DNA of 64,000 nt from the human T2T-CHM13v2.0 reference genome, Homo sapiens, in NCBI RefSeq assembly GCF_009914755.1, contig NC_060948.1. One strand, written 5' to 3'. The position numbers were made by a program, and so were the translations under genes. Below are positions 13,675 to 27,913 of this stretch, piece after piece; positions within the stretch are counted from its first letter, which is position 1, and every line of letters starts with the position of its first letter. The notes beneath the pieces are model-generated. The model searched no databases, had not been told where the DNA came from, and saw nothing but the letters and a program-made list of their open reading frames with translations.

Positions 13675-16600
13675 CCTGGAATAAAGTGGAATGCTACGGT
13701 CTCGAATGGAATAAAAATGTATGGAATGGAATGCAATGAAACGGAATCGAATGTCATAGAATGTAATGGAATGCAAAAAAATGGAATCCAAAATCATTGA
13801 CTGGAAAGGCTGGGTGTCGAAAGGAATTGACTCCAATGGAATGGAATCGAATGGAATGGAAGTGAATAGAATCGAACTAAATCGAATGGAATGGAATTGA
13901 TAGGAACGGAATGGAAAGGAATGCAATGATTTGGCATGGAATGGAATCGAATGGCATCGAATGGAATGGAATGGAATGCAATGGAATGGAATGTATTAGA
14001 ATGTAATGAACTTTAATGGAATGTACTCGAATGGATTCGACTGGAATGGAATGTTCTGGAAGTAAATGGACTCCAATGGAATGGATTCAAAAGGAATGGA
14101 ATCGTACGGAATGGAATCTAATGGAATGGAATTAAATGGAAATGAAGCAAATTGAATAGCACGGAATTGAATTGAATGGAATGCAATGCAATGGAATCTA
14201 ATGAAACGGAAAGGAAAGGAATGGAATGGAATGGAATGGGCTGGAATGGAAAGGAATCGAAACGAATGGAATGGAATCGAACTGAAGAGGCTGGAATGGA
14301 ATGCACTGGAATGGAAGGGAGTGTAATGGAAGGTTCTCGAAAAAAATGGAATCGAATGGAATGGAATTGAATGGAACGGAATAGAGTCGAATGGAATTGA
14401 ATGGAATGGAATGGACTAGACTGAAATGGAATCGAACCACAAGGAATGGACAGGAATAGAATGGTCTCGAATTGAATGGAATCGTATGGAATGGCATCAA
14501 ACGGAATGGAATGGACAGCCACGGAATGGAATGCACTCGAATGCAATGGAGTCGAAACTAATGGACTGGAATAGAATGGACTCGACTGGTACGGACTCCA
14601 ATGGAATGGAATCGAATGGAAGGGAATCGAACGGAATGGACTCGAAGGGAAAAGACTGCAATGGAAAGGTCTCGAATGGAATGGAAATTAATGGAATGGA
14701 ATGGAATCGAATGAAATGGAGTCAAAAGGAATGCAATCGAATGGCTAGAAATCGAATGTAATGGAATCGCAAGGAATGGATGTGAACGGAACGGAATGGA
14801 ATGGAATCCAAAGGAATGGAATAGAATGGAATGGAATCGAATGGAAAGGACTCGAATGGAAATCACTCGAATAGAATGCAATTTAATAAAATAGGATCAA
14901 ATGGAATGGAATGGAATGGAAAGGAATCGAAACGAAAGGAATGGAGACAGATGGAATGGAATGGAACAGAGAGCAATGGTATAGAATGGAATGGAATCAT
15001 CTGGAATGGAATTGAATGGAATGGAATAATATGAAATGGCATGGAATGGAATGGAATGGAATGCCCTTGAATTAAATGGACTGGAATGGAATGGACTCGA
15101 ACAGAGTGGAATGGAAAGTGTTGAGATAGAATGGAATGGACTCCTTTGGAATGGTGTAGTATGCAATGCAATCGACTGGCAGGGAATCAAAAGGAATGTA
15201 ATCGAATGGATTGGACTGGAATGCAATGGACTCGAATAGATTGGAAACGGAATGCAAAGGAATGGAATGGAATAGTATGGAATGGAATGGAAAGGAATGG
15301 AGTGGAATAGACTAGAGTGGAATGGAATGGACTGGAAAGCAATGGACTGGAATGGAACTTTCTTGAATGGACTGGAATCAAACGGAATGGAACGCAATGC
15401 AATCAAATGGCATGGAATAAAATAGAATGAAAGAGAATCAAATGGAATTGAATCGAATGGAATCGAATGGATTGGAAAGGAATAGAATGGAATGGAATGG
15501 AATTGACTCAAATGGAATGGACTAGAATGGAATGGATTCGAATGGAAGGCAAAGGAATGGAATCTATTGGAATGGACTGTAATGGAATGGAATGGAAGGG
15601 ATTGGAATGGACTCGAATGGAATGGACTGCAATAGAAAGGATTCGAATGGAATGAAAAAGAATTGAATGGAATAGAACAGAATGGAATCAAATCGAATGA
15701 AATGGAATGGAATAGAAAGGAATGGAATGAAATGGAATGGAAAGGATTCGAATGGAATGCAATCGAATGGAATGGAATCGAACGGAATGGAATAAAATGG
15801 AAGAAAACTGGCAAGAAATGGAATCGAAATGAATGGAGTGTTATGGAACGGACTCAAAAGGAATTGAATGTAATAGAATGGAGTGGAGTGGACTCGAATA
15901 TAATGGACTGGAATGGAATGAAATCACTTGGAATGGGAACGAATGGAATGGAATGGAAAGGAATGGAATCGAATGGAAAGGAATCGAATGGAAGGGAATG
16001 AAATTGAATCAACAGGAATGGAAGGGAATAGAATAGACGGTAATGGAATGGACACGAATAGAATGGACACGAATGCTCAAATTGAATGGACTCGAATGGA
16101 ATGGAAACGAAAGGAATGTCATCGAATGGAATTGAATCGATTGGAATGAAATCGCATAGAATGGAGTGGAATCAAATGGAATTGAATCGAAAGGAAAGGA
16201 AGCGAATGGACTGAAATGAAATGGAATGGAATTGAATGGAATGTAATGCAATGGAATAGAATGGAACGAAATTTCACGGAATGGAATGAAACTGAATGGA
16301 ATCAAGTCAATGGAATCAAATCAAATGGAATGGAAAGGAATTGAATGGAGTAGATGGGATTGGATGGGATTGGAATGAAATGTACTGGAAAGGACTCGAA
16401 TTTCATGAAACGGAATGGAATGAATTGGAACGGAATGGAATCGAATGGAATGGAATGTCATGGAATGGCATCAAATGGAATGGCATCAAATGGAATGGAA
16501 TCGAATGCAATGGAATGCTATGGAATGGAATGGAATGCATTGGAATGGAATGTCCTCTAATGGAAAGGATTCGAGTGGAATGGAATCGAATATAATGGAG

Positions 16601-17228
16601 TCGAATGAAATGGAATTGAAAGGAATGGGATCGAATAAAATGGAATATACTGGAATGTAATGTAATGAACCCGAATGTAATTGACTGGAATGGAATGTAC
16701 ATGAATGGAATGTAATCGAATGGAAAGTAATCCAATGGAATAGAATCTAATGCAATAAAATCGACTCAGATAGAGTAGAATGTAATGGAATGGAGTGCAG
16801 TGCAATGGAATGGAATGGAATGGAATGCAATGGAATGGAATGGAATGGAATGGAATGGAATGGGATTTAATGGTATGGAATGGATAGTAATGGACTGGAG
16901 TGAAATGGACTGGAAAGGAATGGACTCAAATTGAAAGGGCTCGAAAGGAATGGAGACAAATGGAATGGTCTGGAATGGAATGAACACGAATGTAATGCAA
17001 TCCAATAGAATGGAGTCGAATGGCATGGAATATAAAGAAATGGAATCGAAGAGAATGGAAACAAATGGAATGGAATTGAATGGAATGGAATTGAATGGAA
17101 TGGGAACGAATGGAGTGAAATTGTATGCAGTAGAAGAGAATAGAATGGAATGCAAGCGAAAGGAAAGGAATGGATTGGAATGGAATGGAATTCATTGGAA
17201 TGGAAGGGAATGTAGTGTAATGGACAGG
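13675..17228 (-). repeat. DYZ1 unit, 3554 bp
   Basis: HaeIII-to-HaeIII interval; near-identical to the previous unit. Confidence 0.9.
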
Positions 17229-20200
17229 CCTGGAATAAAGTGGAATGCTACGGTCTCGAATGGAATAAAAATGTATGGAATGGAATGCAATGAAACGGAA
17301 TCGAATGTCATAGAATGTAATGGAATGCAAAAAAATGGAATCCAAAATCATTGACTGGAAAGGCTGGGTGTCGAAAGGAATTGACTCCAATGGAATGGAA
17401 TCGAATGGAATGGAAGTGAATAGAATCGAACTAAATCGAATGGAATGGAATTGATAGGAACGGAATGGAAAGGAATGCAATGATTTGGCATGGAATGGAA
17501 TCGAATGGCATCGAATGGAATGGAATGGAATGCAATGGAATGGAATGTATTAGAATGTAATGAACTTTAATGGAATGTACTCGAATGGATTCGACTGGAA
17601 TGGAATGTTCTGGAAGTGAATGGACTCCAATGGAATGGATTCCAAAGGAATGGAATCGTACGGAATGGAATCTAATGGAATGGAATTAAATGGAAATGAA
17701 TCAAATAGAATAGCACGGAATTGAATTGAATGGAATGGAATGCAATGGAATCTAATGAAACGGAAAGGAAAGGAATGGAATGGAATGGAATGGGCTGGAA
17801 TGGAAAGGAATCGAAACGAATGGAATGGAATCGAACTGAAGAGACTGGAATGGAATGCACTGGAATGGAAGGGAGTGTAATGGAAGGTTCTCGAAAAAAA
17901 TGGAATCGAATGGAATGGAATTGAATGGAACGGAATAGAGTCGAATGGAATTGAATGGAATGGAATGGACTAGAGTGAAATGGAATCGAACCAAAAGGAA
18001 TGGACAGGAATAGAATGGTCTCGAATTGAATGGAATCGTATGGAATGGCATCAAACGGAATGGAATGGACAGCCACGGAATGCAATGCACTCGAATGCAA
18101 TGGAGTCGAAACTAATGGACTGGAATAGAATGGACTCGACTGGTACGGACTCCAATGGAATGGAATTGAATGGAAGGGAATCGAACGGAATGGACTCGAA
18201 GGGAAAAGACTGCAATGGAAAGGTCTCGAATGGAATGGAAATTAATGGAATGGAATGGAATCGAATGAAATGGATTCAAAAGGAATGCAATCGAATGGCA
18301 AGAAATCGAATGTAATGGAATCGCAAGGAATTGATGTGAACGGAACGGAATGGAATGGAATCCAAAGGAATGGAATAGAATGGAATGGAATCGAATGGAA
18401 AGGACTCGAATGGAAATCACTCGAATAGAATGCAATTTAATAAAATAGGATCAAATGTAATGGAATGGAATGGAAAGGAATCGAAACGAAAGGAATGGAG
18501 ACAGATGGAATGGAATGGAACAGAGAGCAATGGTATAGAATGGAATGGAATCATCTGGAATGGAATTGAATGGAATGGAATAATATGAAATGGCATGGAA
18601 TGGAATGGAATGGAATGCCCTTGAATTAAATGGACTGGAATGGAATGGACTCGAACAGAGTGGAATGGAAAGTGTTGAGATAGAATGGAATGGACTCCTT
18701 TGGAATGGTGTAGTATGCAATGCAATCGACTGGCAGGGAATCAAAAGGAATGTAATCGAATGGATTGGACTGGAATGCAATGGACTCGAATAGATTGGAA
18801 ACGGAATGCAAAGGAATGGAATGGAATAGTATGGAATGGAATGGAAAGGAATGGAGTGGAATAGACTAGAGTGGAATGGAATGGACTGGAAAGCAATGGA
18901 CTGGAATGGAACTTTCTTGAATGGACTGGAATCAAACGGAATGGAATGCAATGCAATCAAATGGCATGGAATAAAATAGAATGAAAGAGAATCAAATGGA
19001 ATTGAATCGAATGGAATCGAATGGATTGGAAAGGAATAGAATGGAATGGAATGGAATTGACTCAAATGGAATGGACTAGAATGGAATGGATTCGAATGGA
19101 AGGCAAAGGAATGGAATCTATTGGAATGGACTGTAATGGAATGGAATGGAAGGGTTTGGAATGGACTCGAATGGAATGGACTGCAATAGAAAGGATTCGA
19201 ATGGAATGAAAAAGAATTGAATGGAATAGAACAGAATGGAATCAAATCGAATGAAATGGAATGGAATAGAAAGGAATGGAATGAAATGGAATGGAAAGGA
19301 TTCGAATGGAATGCAATCGAATGGAATGGAATCGAACGGAATGGAATAAAATGGAAGAAAACTGGCAAGAAATGGAATCGAAACGAATGGAGTGTTATGG
19401 AACGGACTCAAAAGGAATTGAATGTAATAGAATGGAGTGGAGTGGACTCGAATATAATGGACTGGAATGGAATGAAATCACATGGAATGGGAACGAATGG
19501 AATGGAATGGAAAGGAATGGAATCGAATGGAAAGGAATCGAATGGAAGGGAATGAAATTGAATCAACAGGAATGGAAGGGAATAGAATAGACGGTAATGG
19601 AATGGACTCGAATAGAATGGACACGAATGCTCAAATTGAATGGACTCGAATGGAATGGAAACGAAAGGAATGTCATCGAATGGAATTGAATCGATTGGAA
19701 TGAAATCGCATAGAATGGAGTGGAATCAAATGGAATTGAATCGAAAGGAAAGGAAGCGAATGGACTGAAATGAAATGGAATGGAATTGAATGGAAAGTAA
19801 TGCAATGGAATAGAATGGAACGAAATTTCACGGAATGGAATCAAACTGAATGGAATCAAATCAATGGAATCTAATCAAATGGAATGGAAAGGAATTGAAT
19901 GGAGTAGATTGGATTGGATGGGATTGGAATGAAATGTACTGGAAAGGACTCGAATTTCATGAAACGGAATGGAATGAATTGGAACGGAATGGACTCGAAT
20001 GGAATGGAATGGAATGTCATGGAATGGCATCAAATGGAATGGAATCGAATGCAATGGAATGCTATGGAATGGAATGGAATGCATTGGAATGGAATGTCCT
20101 CTAATGGAATGGATTCGAGTGGAATGGAATCGAATATAATGGAGTCGAATGAAATGGAATTGAAAGGAATGGGATCGAATACAATGGAATATACTGCAAT

Positions 20201-20802
20201 GTAATGTAATGAACTCGAATGTAATTGACTGGAATGGAATGTACATGAATGGAATGTAATCGAATGGAAAGTAATCCAATGGAATAGAATCTAATGCAAT
20301 AAAATCGACTCAGATAGAGTAGAATGTAATGGAATGGAGTGCAGTGCAATGGAATGGAATGGAATGGAATGCAATGGAATGGAATGGAATGGAATGGAAT
20401 GGAATGGAATGGAATGGAATGGAATGGGATGGAATGGGATGGAATGGTATGGAATGGATAGTAATGGACTGGAGTGAAATGGACTGGAAAGGAATGGACT
20501 CAAATTGAAAGGGCTCGAAAGGAATGGAGTCAAATGGAATGGTCTGGAATGGAATGAACACGAATGTAATGCAATCCAATAGAATGGAATCGAATGGCAT
20601 GGAATATAAAGAAATGGAATCGAAGAGAATGGAAACAAATGGAATGGAATTGAATGGAATGGAATTGAATGGAATGGGAACGAATGGAGTGAAATTGTAT
20701 GCAGTAGAAGAGAATAGAATGGAATGCAAGCGAAAGGAAAGGAATGGATTGGAATGGAATGGAATTCATTGGAATGGAAGGGAATGTAGTGTAATGGACA
20801 GG
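17229..20802 (-). repeat. DYZ1 unit, 3574 bp
   Basis: HaeIII-to-HaeIII interval; expanded GGAAT tract near 20370-20430. Confidence 0.9.
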
Positions 20803-23800
20803 CCTGGAATAAAGTGGAATGCTACGGTCTCGAATGGAATAAAAATGTATGGAATGGAATGCAATGAAACGGAATCGAATGTCATAGAATGTAATGGAAT
20901 GCAAAAAAATGGAATCCAAAATCATTGACTGGAAAGGCTGGGTGTCGAAAGGAATTGACTCCAATGGAATGGAATCGAATGGAATGGAAGTGAATAGAAT
21001 CGAACTAAATCGAATGGAATGGAATTGATAGGAACGGAATGGAAAGGAATGCAATGATTTGGCATGGAATGGAATCGAATGGCATCGAATGGAATGGAAT
21101 GGAATGCAATGGAATGGAATGTATTAGAATGTAATGAACTTTAATGGAATGTACTCGAATGGATTCGACTGGAATGGAATGTTCTGGAAGTGAATGGACT
21201 CCAATGGAATGGATTCAAAAGGAATGGAATCATACGGAATGGAATCTAATGGAATGGAATTAAATGGAAATGAATCAAATTGAATAGCACGGAATTGAAT
21301 TGAATGGAATGGAATGCAATGGAATCTAATGAAACGGAAAGGAAAGGAATGGAATGGAATGGAATGGGCTGGAATGGAAAGGAATCGAAACGAATGGAAT
21401 GGAATCGAACTGAAGAGACTGGAATGGAATGCACTGGAATGGAAGGGAGTGTAATGGAAGGTTCTCGAAAAAAATGGAATCGAATGGAATGGAATTGAAT
21501 GGAACGGAATAGAGTCGAATGGAATTGAATGGAATGGAATGGACTAGAGTGAAATGGAATCGAACCACAAGGAATGGACAGGAATAGAATGGTCTCGAAT
21601 TGAATGGAATCGTATGGAATGGCATCAAACGGAATGGAATGGACAGCCACGGAATGGAATGCACTCGAATGCAATGGAGTCGAAACTAATGGACTGGAAT
21701 AGAATGGACTCGACTGGTACGGACTCCAATGGAATGGAATCGAATGGAAGGGAATCGAACGGAATGGACTCGAAGGGAAAAGACTGCAATGGAAAGGTCT
21801 CGAATGGAATGGAAATTAATGGAATGGAATGGAATCGAATGAAATGGAGTCAAAAGGAATGGAATCGAATGGCAAGAAATCGAATGTAATGGGATCGCAA
21901 GGAATTGATGTGAATGGAACGGAATGGAATGGAATCCAAAGGAATGGAATAGAATGGAATGGAATCGAATGGAAAGGACTCGAATGGAAATCACTCGAAT
22001 AGAATGCAATTTAATAAAATAGGATCAAATGTAATGGAATGGAATGGAAAGGAATCGAAACGAAAGGAATGGAGACAGATGGAATGGAATGGAACAGAGA
22101 GCAATGGTATAGAATGGAATGGAATCATCTGGAATGGAATTGAATGGAATGGAATAATATGAAATGGAATGGAATGGAATGGAATGCCCTTGAATTAAAT
22201 GGACTGGAATGGAATGGACTCGAACAGAGTGGAATGGAAAGTGTTGAGATAGAATGGAATGGACTCCTTTGGAATGGTGTAGTATGCAATGCAATCGACT
22301 GGCAGGGAATCAAAAGGAATGTAATCGAATGGATTGGACTGGAATGCAATGGACTCGAATAGATTGGAAACGGAATGCAAAGGAATGGAATGGAATAGTA
22401 TGGAATGGAATGGAAAGGAATGGAGTGGAATAGACTAGAGTGGAATGGAATGGACTGGAAAGCAATGGACTGGAATGGAACTTTCTTGAATGGACTGGAA
22501 TCAAACGGAATGGAATGCAATGCAATCAAATGGCATGGAATAAAATAGAATGAAAGAGAATCAAATGGAATTGAATCGAATGGAATCGAATGGATTGGAA
22601 AGGAATAGAATGGAATGGAATGGAATTGACTCAAATGGAATGGACTAGAATGGAATGGATTCGAATGGAAGGCAAAGGAATGGAATGTATTGGAATGGAC
22701 TGTAATGGAATGGAATGGAAGGGATTGGAATGGACTCGAATGGAATGGACTGCAATAGAAAGGATTCGAATGGAATGAAAAAGAATTGAATGGAATAGAA
22801 CAGAATGGAATCAAATCGAATGAAATGGAATGGAATAGAAAGGAATGGAATGAAATGGAATGGAAAGGATTCGAATGGAATGCAATCGAATGGAATGGAA
22901 TCGAACGGAATGGAATAAAATGGAAGAAAACTGGCAAGAAATGGAATCGAAATGAATGGAGTGTTATGGAACGGACTCAAAAGGAATTGAATGTAATAGA
23001 ATGGAGTGGAGTGGACTCGAATATAATGGACTGGAATGGAATGAAATCACATGGAATGGGAACGAATGGAATGGAATGGAAAGGAATGGAATCGAATGGA
23101 AAGGAATCGAATGGAAGGGAATGAAATTGAATCAACACGAATGGAAGGGAATAGAATAGACGGTAATGGAATGGACTCGAATAGAATGGACACGAATGCT
23201 CAAATTGAATGGACTCGAATGGAATGGAAACGAAAGGAATGTCATCGAATGGAATTGAATCGATTGGAATGAAATCGCATAGAATGGAGTGGAATCAAAT
23301 GGAATTGAATCGAAAGGAAAGGAAGCGAATGGACTGAAATGAAATGGAATGGAATTGAATGGAAAGTAATGCAATGGAATAGAATGGAACGAAATTTCAC
23401 GGAATGGAATCAAATCAATGGAATCAAATCAAATGGAATGGAAAGGAATTGAATGGAGTAGATTGGATTGGATGGGATTGGAATGAAATGTACTGGAAAG
23501 GACTCGAATTTCATGAAACGGAATGGAATGAATTGGAACGGAATGGACTCGAATGGAATGGAATGTCATGGAATGGCATCAAATGGAATGGCATCAAATG
23601 GAATGGAATCGAATGCAATGGAATGCTATGGAATGGAATGGAATGCATTGGAATGGAATGTCCTCTAATGGAATGGATTCGAGTGGAATGGAATCGAATA
23701 TAATGGAGTCGAATGAAATGGAATTGAAAGGAATGGGATCGAATACAATGGAATATACTGGAATGTAATGTAATGAACTCGAATGTAATTGACTGGAATG

Positions 23801-24356
23801 GAATGTACATGAATGGAATGTAATCGAATGGAAAGTAATCCAATGGAATAGAATCTAATGCAATAAAATCGACTCAGATAGAGTAGAATGTAATGGAATG
23901 GAGTGCAGTGCAATGGAATGGATTGGAATGGAATGCAATGGAATGGAATGGAATGGAATGGAATGGAATGGAATGGAATGGGATGGAATGGGATGGAATG
24001 GTATGGAATGGATAGTAATGGACTGGAGTGAAATGGACTGGAAAGGAATGGACTCAAATTGAAAGGGCTCGAAAGGAATGGAGTCAAATGTAATGGTCTG
24101 GAATGGAATGAACACGAATGTAATGCAATCCAATAGAATGGAATCGAATGGCATGGAATATAAAGAAATGGAATCGAAGAGAATGGAAACAAATGGAATG
24201 GAATTGAATGGAATGGAATTGAATGGAATGGGAACGAATGGAGTGAAATTGTATGCAGTAGAAGGGAATAGAATGGAATGCAAGCGAAAGGAAAGGAATG
24301 GATTGGAATGGAATGGAACTCATTGGAATGGAAGGGAATGTAGTGTAATGGACAGG
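20803..24356 (-). repeat. DYZ1 unit, 3554 bp, EcoRI site lost
   Basis: HaeIII-to-HaeIII interval; GAACTC at 24316; 15-bp deletion near 23411. Confidence 0.9.
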
Positions 24357-27300
24357 CCTGGAATAAAGTGGAAAGCTACGGTCTCGAATGGAATTAAAAT
24401 GTATGGAATGGAATGCAATGAAACGGAATCGAATGTCATAGAATGTAATGGAATGCAAAAACATGGAATCCAAAATCATTGACTGGAAAGGCTGGGTGTC
24501 GAAAGGAATTGACTCCAATGGAATGGAATCGAATGGAATGGAAGTGAATAGAATCGAACTAAATCGAATGGAATGGAATTGATAGGAACGGAATGGAAAG
24601 GAATGCAATGATTTGGCATGGAATGGAATCGAATGGCATCGAATGGAATGGAATGGAATGCAATGGAATGGAATGTATTAGAATGTAATGAACTTTAATG
24701 GAATGTACTCGAATGGATTCGACTGGAATGGAATGTTCTGGAAGTGAATGGACTCCAATGGAATGGATTCGAAAGGAATGGAATCGTACGGAATGGAATC
24801 TAATGGAATGCAATTAAATGGAAATGAATCAAATTGAATAGCACGGAACTGAATTGAATGGAATGGAATGCAATGGAATCTAATGAAACGGAAAGGAAAG
24901 GAATGGAATGGAATGGAATGGGCTGGAATGGAAAGGAATCGAAACGAATGGAATGGAATCGAACTGAAGAGACTGGAATGGAATGCACTGGAATGGAAGG
25001 GAGTGTAATGGAAGGTTCTCGAAAAAAATGGAATCGAATGGAATGGAATTGAATGGAACGGAATAGAGTCGAATGGAATTGAATGGAATGGAATGGACTA
25101 GAGTGAAATGGAATCGAACCACAAGGAATGGACAGGAATAGAATGGTCTCGATTTGAATGGAATCGTATGGAATGGCATCAAACGGAATGGAATGGACAG
25201 CCACGGAATGGAATGCACTCGAATGCAATGGAGTCGAAACTAATGGACTGGAATAGAATGGACTCGACTGGTACGGACTCCAATGGAATGGAATCGAATG
25301 GAAGGGAATCGAACGGAATGGACTCGAAGGGAAAAGACTGCAATGGAAAGGTCTCGAATGGAATGGAAATTAATGGAATGGAATGGAATCGAATGAAATG
25401 GAGTCAAAAGGAATGGAATCGAATGGCAAGAAATCGAATGTAATGGAATCGCAAGGAATGGATGTGAAGGGAACGGAATGGAATGGAATCCAAAGGAATG
25501 GAATAGAATGGAATGGAATCGAATGGAAAGGACTCGAATGGAAATCACTCGAATAGAATGCAATTTAATAAAATAGGATCAAATGTAATGGAATGGAATG
25601 GAAAGGAATCGAAACGAAAGGAATGGAGACAGATGGAATGGAATGGAACAGAGAGCAATGGTATAGAATGGAATGGAATCATCTGGAATGGAATTGAATG
25701 GAATGGAATAATATGAAATGGAATGGAATGGAATGGAATGGAATGCCCTTGAATTAAATGGACTGGAATGGAATGGACTCGAACAGAGTGGAATGGAAAG
25801 TGTTGAGATAGAATGGAATGGACTCCTTTGGAATGGTGTAGTATGCAATGCAATCGACAGGCAGGGAATCAAAAGGAATGTAATCGAATGGATTGGACTG
25901 GAATGCAATGGACTCGAATAGATTGCAAACGGAATGCAAAGGAATGGAATGGAATAGTATGGAATGGAATGGAAAGGAATGGAGTGGAATAGACTAGAGT
26001 GGAATGGAATGGACTGGAAAGCAATGGACTGGAATGGAACTTTCTTGAATGGACTGGAATCAAACGGAATGGAATGCAATGCAATCAAATGGCATGGAAT
26101 AAAATAGAATGAAAGAGAATCAAATGGAATTGAATCGAATGGAATCGAATGGATTGGAAAGGAATCGAATGGAATGGAATGGAATGGACTAGAATGGAAT
26201 GGATTCGAATGGAAGGCAAAGGAATGGAATCTATTGGAATGGACTGTAATGGAATGGAATGGAAGGGATTGGAATGGACTGGAATGGAATGGACTGCAAT
26301 AGAAAGGATTCGAATGGAATGAAAAAGAATTGAATGGAATAGAACAGAATGGAATGAAATCGAATGAAATGGAATGGAATAGAAAGGAATGGAATGAAAT
26401 GGAATGGAAAGGATTCGAATGGAATGCAATCGAATGGAATGGAATCGAACGGAATGGAATAAAATGGAAGAAAACTGGCAAGAAATGGAATCGAAATGAA
26501 TGGAGTGTTATGGAACGGACTCAAAAGGAATTGAATGTAATAGAATGGAGTGGAGTGGACTCGAATATAATGGACTGGAAGAATGGAATGAAATCACATG
26601 GAATGGGAACGAATGGAATGGAATGGAAAGGAATGGAATCGAATGGAAAGGAATCGAATGGAAGGGAATGAAATTGAATCAACAGGAATGGAAGGGAATA
26701 GAATAGACGGTAATGGAATGGACTCGAATAGAATGGACACGAATGCTCAAATTGAATGGACTCGAATGGAATGGAAACGAAAGGAATGTCATCGAATGGA
26801 ATTGAATCGATTGGAATGAAATCGCATAGAATGGAGTGGAATCAAATGGAATTGAATCGAAAGGAAAGGAAGCGAATGGACTGAAATGAAATGGAATGGA
26901 ATTGAATGGAAAGTAATGCAATGGAATAGAATGGAACGAAATTTCACGGAATGGAATCAAACTGAATGGAATCAAATCAATGGAATCAAATCAAATGGAA
27001 TGGAAAGGAATTGAATGGAGTAGATTGGATTGGATGGGATTGGAATGAAATGTACTGGAAAGGACTCGAATTTCATGAAACGGAATGGAATGAATTGGAA
27101 CGGAATGGACTCGAATGGAATGGAATGTCATGGAATGGCATCAAATGGAATGGCATCAAATGGAATGGAATCGAATGCAATGGAATGCTATGGAATGGAA
27201 TGGAATGCATTGGAATGGAATGTCCTCTAATGGAATGGATTCGAGTGGAATGGAATCGAATATAATGGAGTCGAATGAAATGGAATTGAAAGGAATGGGA

Positions 27301-27913
27301 TCGAATACAATGGAATATACTGGAATGTAATGTAATGAACTCGAATGTAATTGACTGGAATGGAATGTACATGAAAGGAATGTAATCGAATGGAAAGTAA
27401 TCCAATGGAATAGAATCTAATGCAATAAAATCGACTCAGATAGAGTAGAATGTAATGGAATGGAGTGCAGTGCAATGGAATGGAATGGAATGGAATGCAA
27501 TGGAATGGAATGGAATGGAATGGAATGGAATGGGATGGAATGGAATGGGATGGAATGGTATGGAATGTATAGTAATGGACTGGAGTGAAATGGACTGGAA
27601 AGGAATGGACTCAAATTGAAAGGGCTCGAAAGGAATGGAGTCAAATGGAATGGTCTGGAATGGAATGAACACGAATGTAATGCAATCCAGTAGAATGGAA
27701 TCGAATGGCATGGAATATAAAGAAATGGAATCGAAGAGAATGGAAACAAATGGAATGGAATTGAATGGAATGGAATTGAATGGAATGGGAACGAATGGAG
27801 TGAAATTGTATGCAGTAGAAGGGAATAGAATGGAATGCAAGCGAAAGGAAAGGAATGGATTGGAATGGAATGGAATTCATTGGAATGGAAGGGAATGTAG
27901 TGTAATGGACAGG
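24357..27913 (-). repeat. DYZ1 unit, 3557 bp
   Basis: HaeIII-to-HaeIII interval; GAA insertion at ~26581. Confidence 0.9.
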
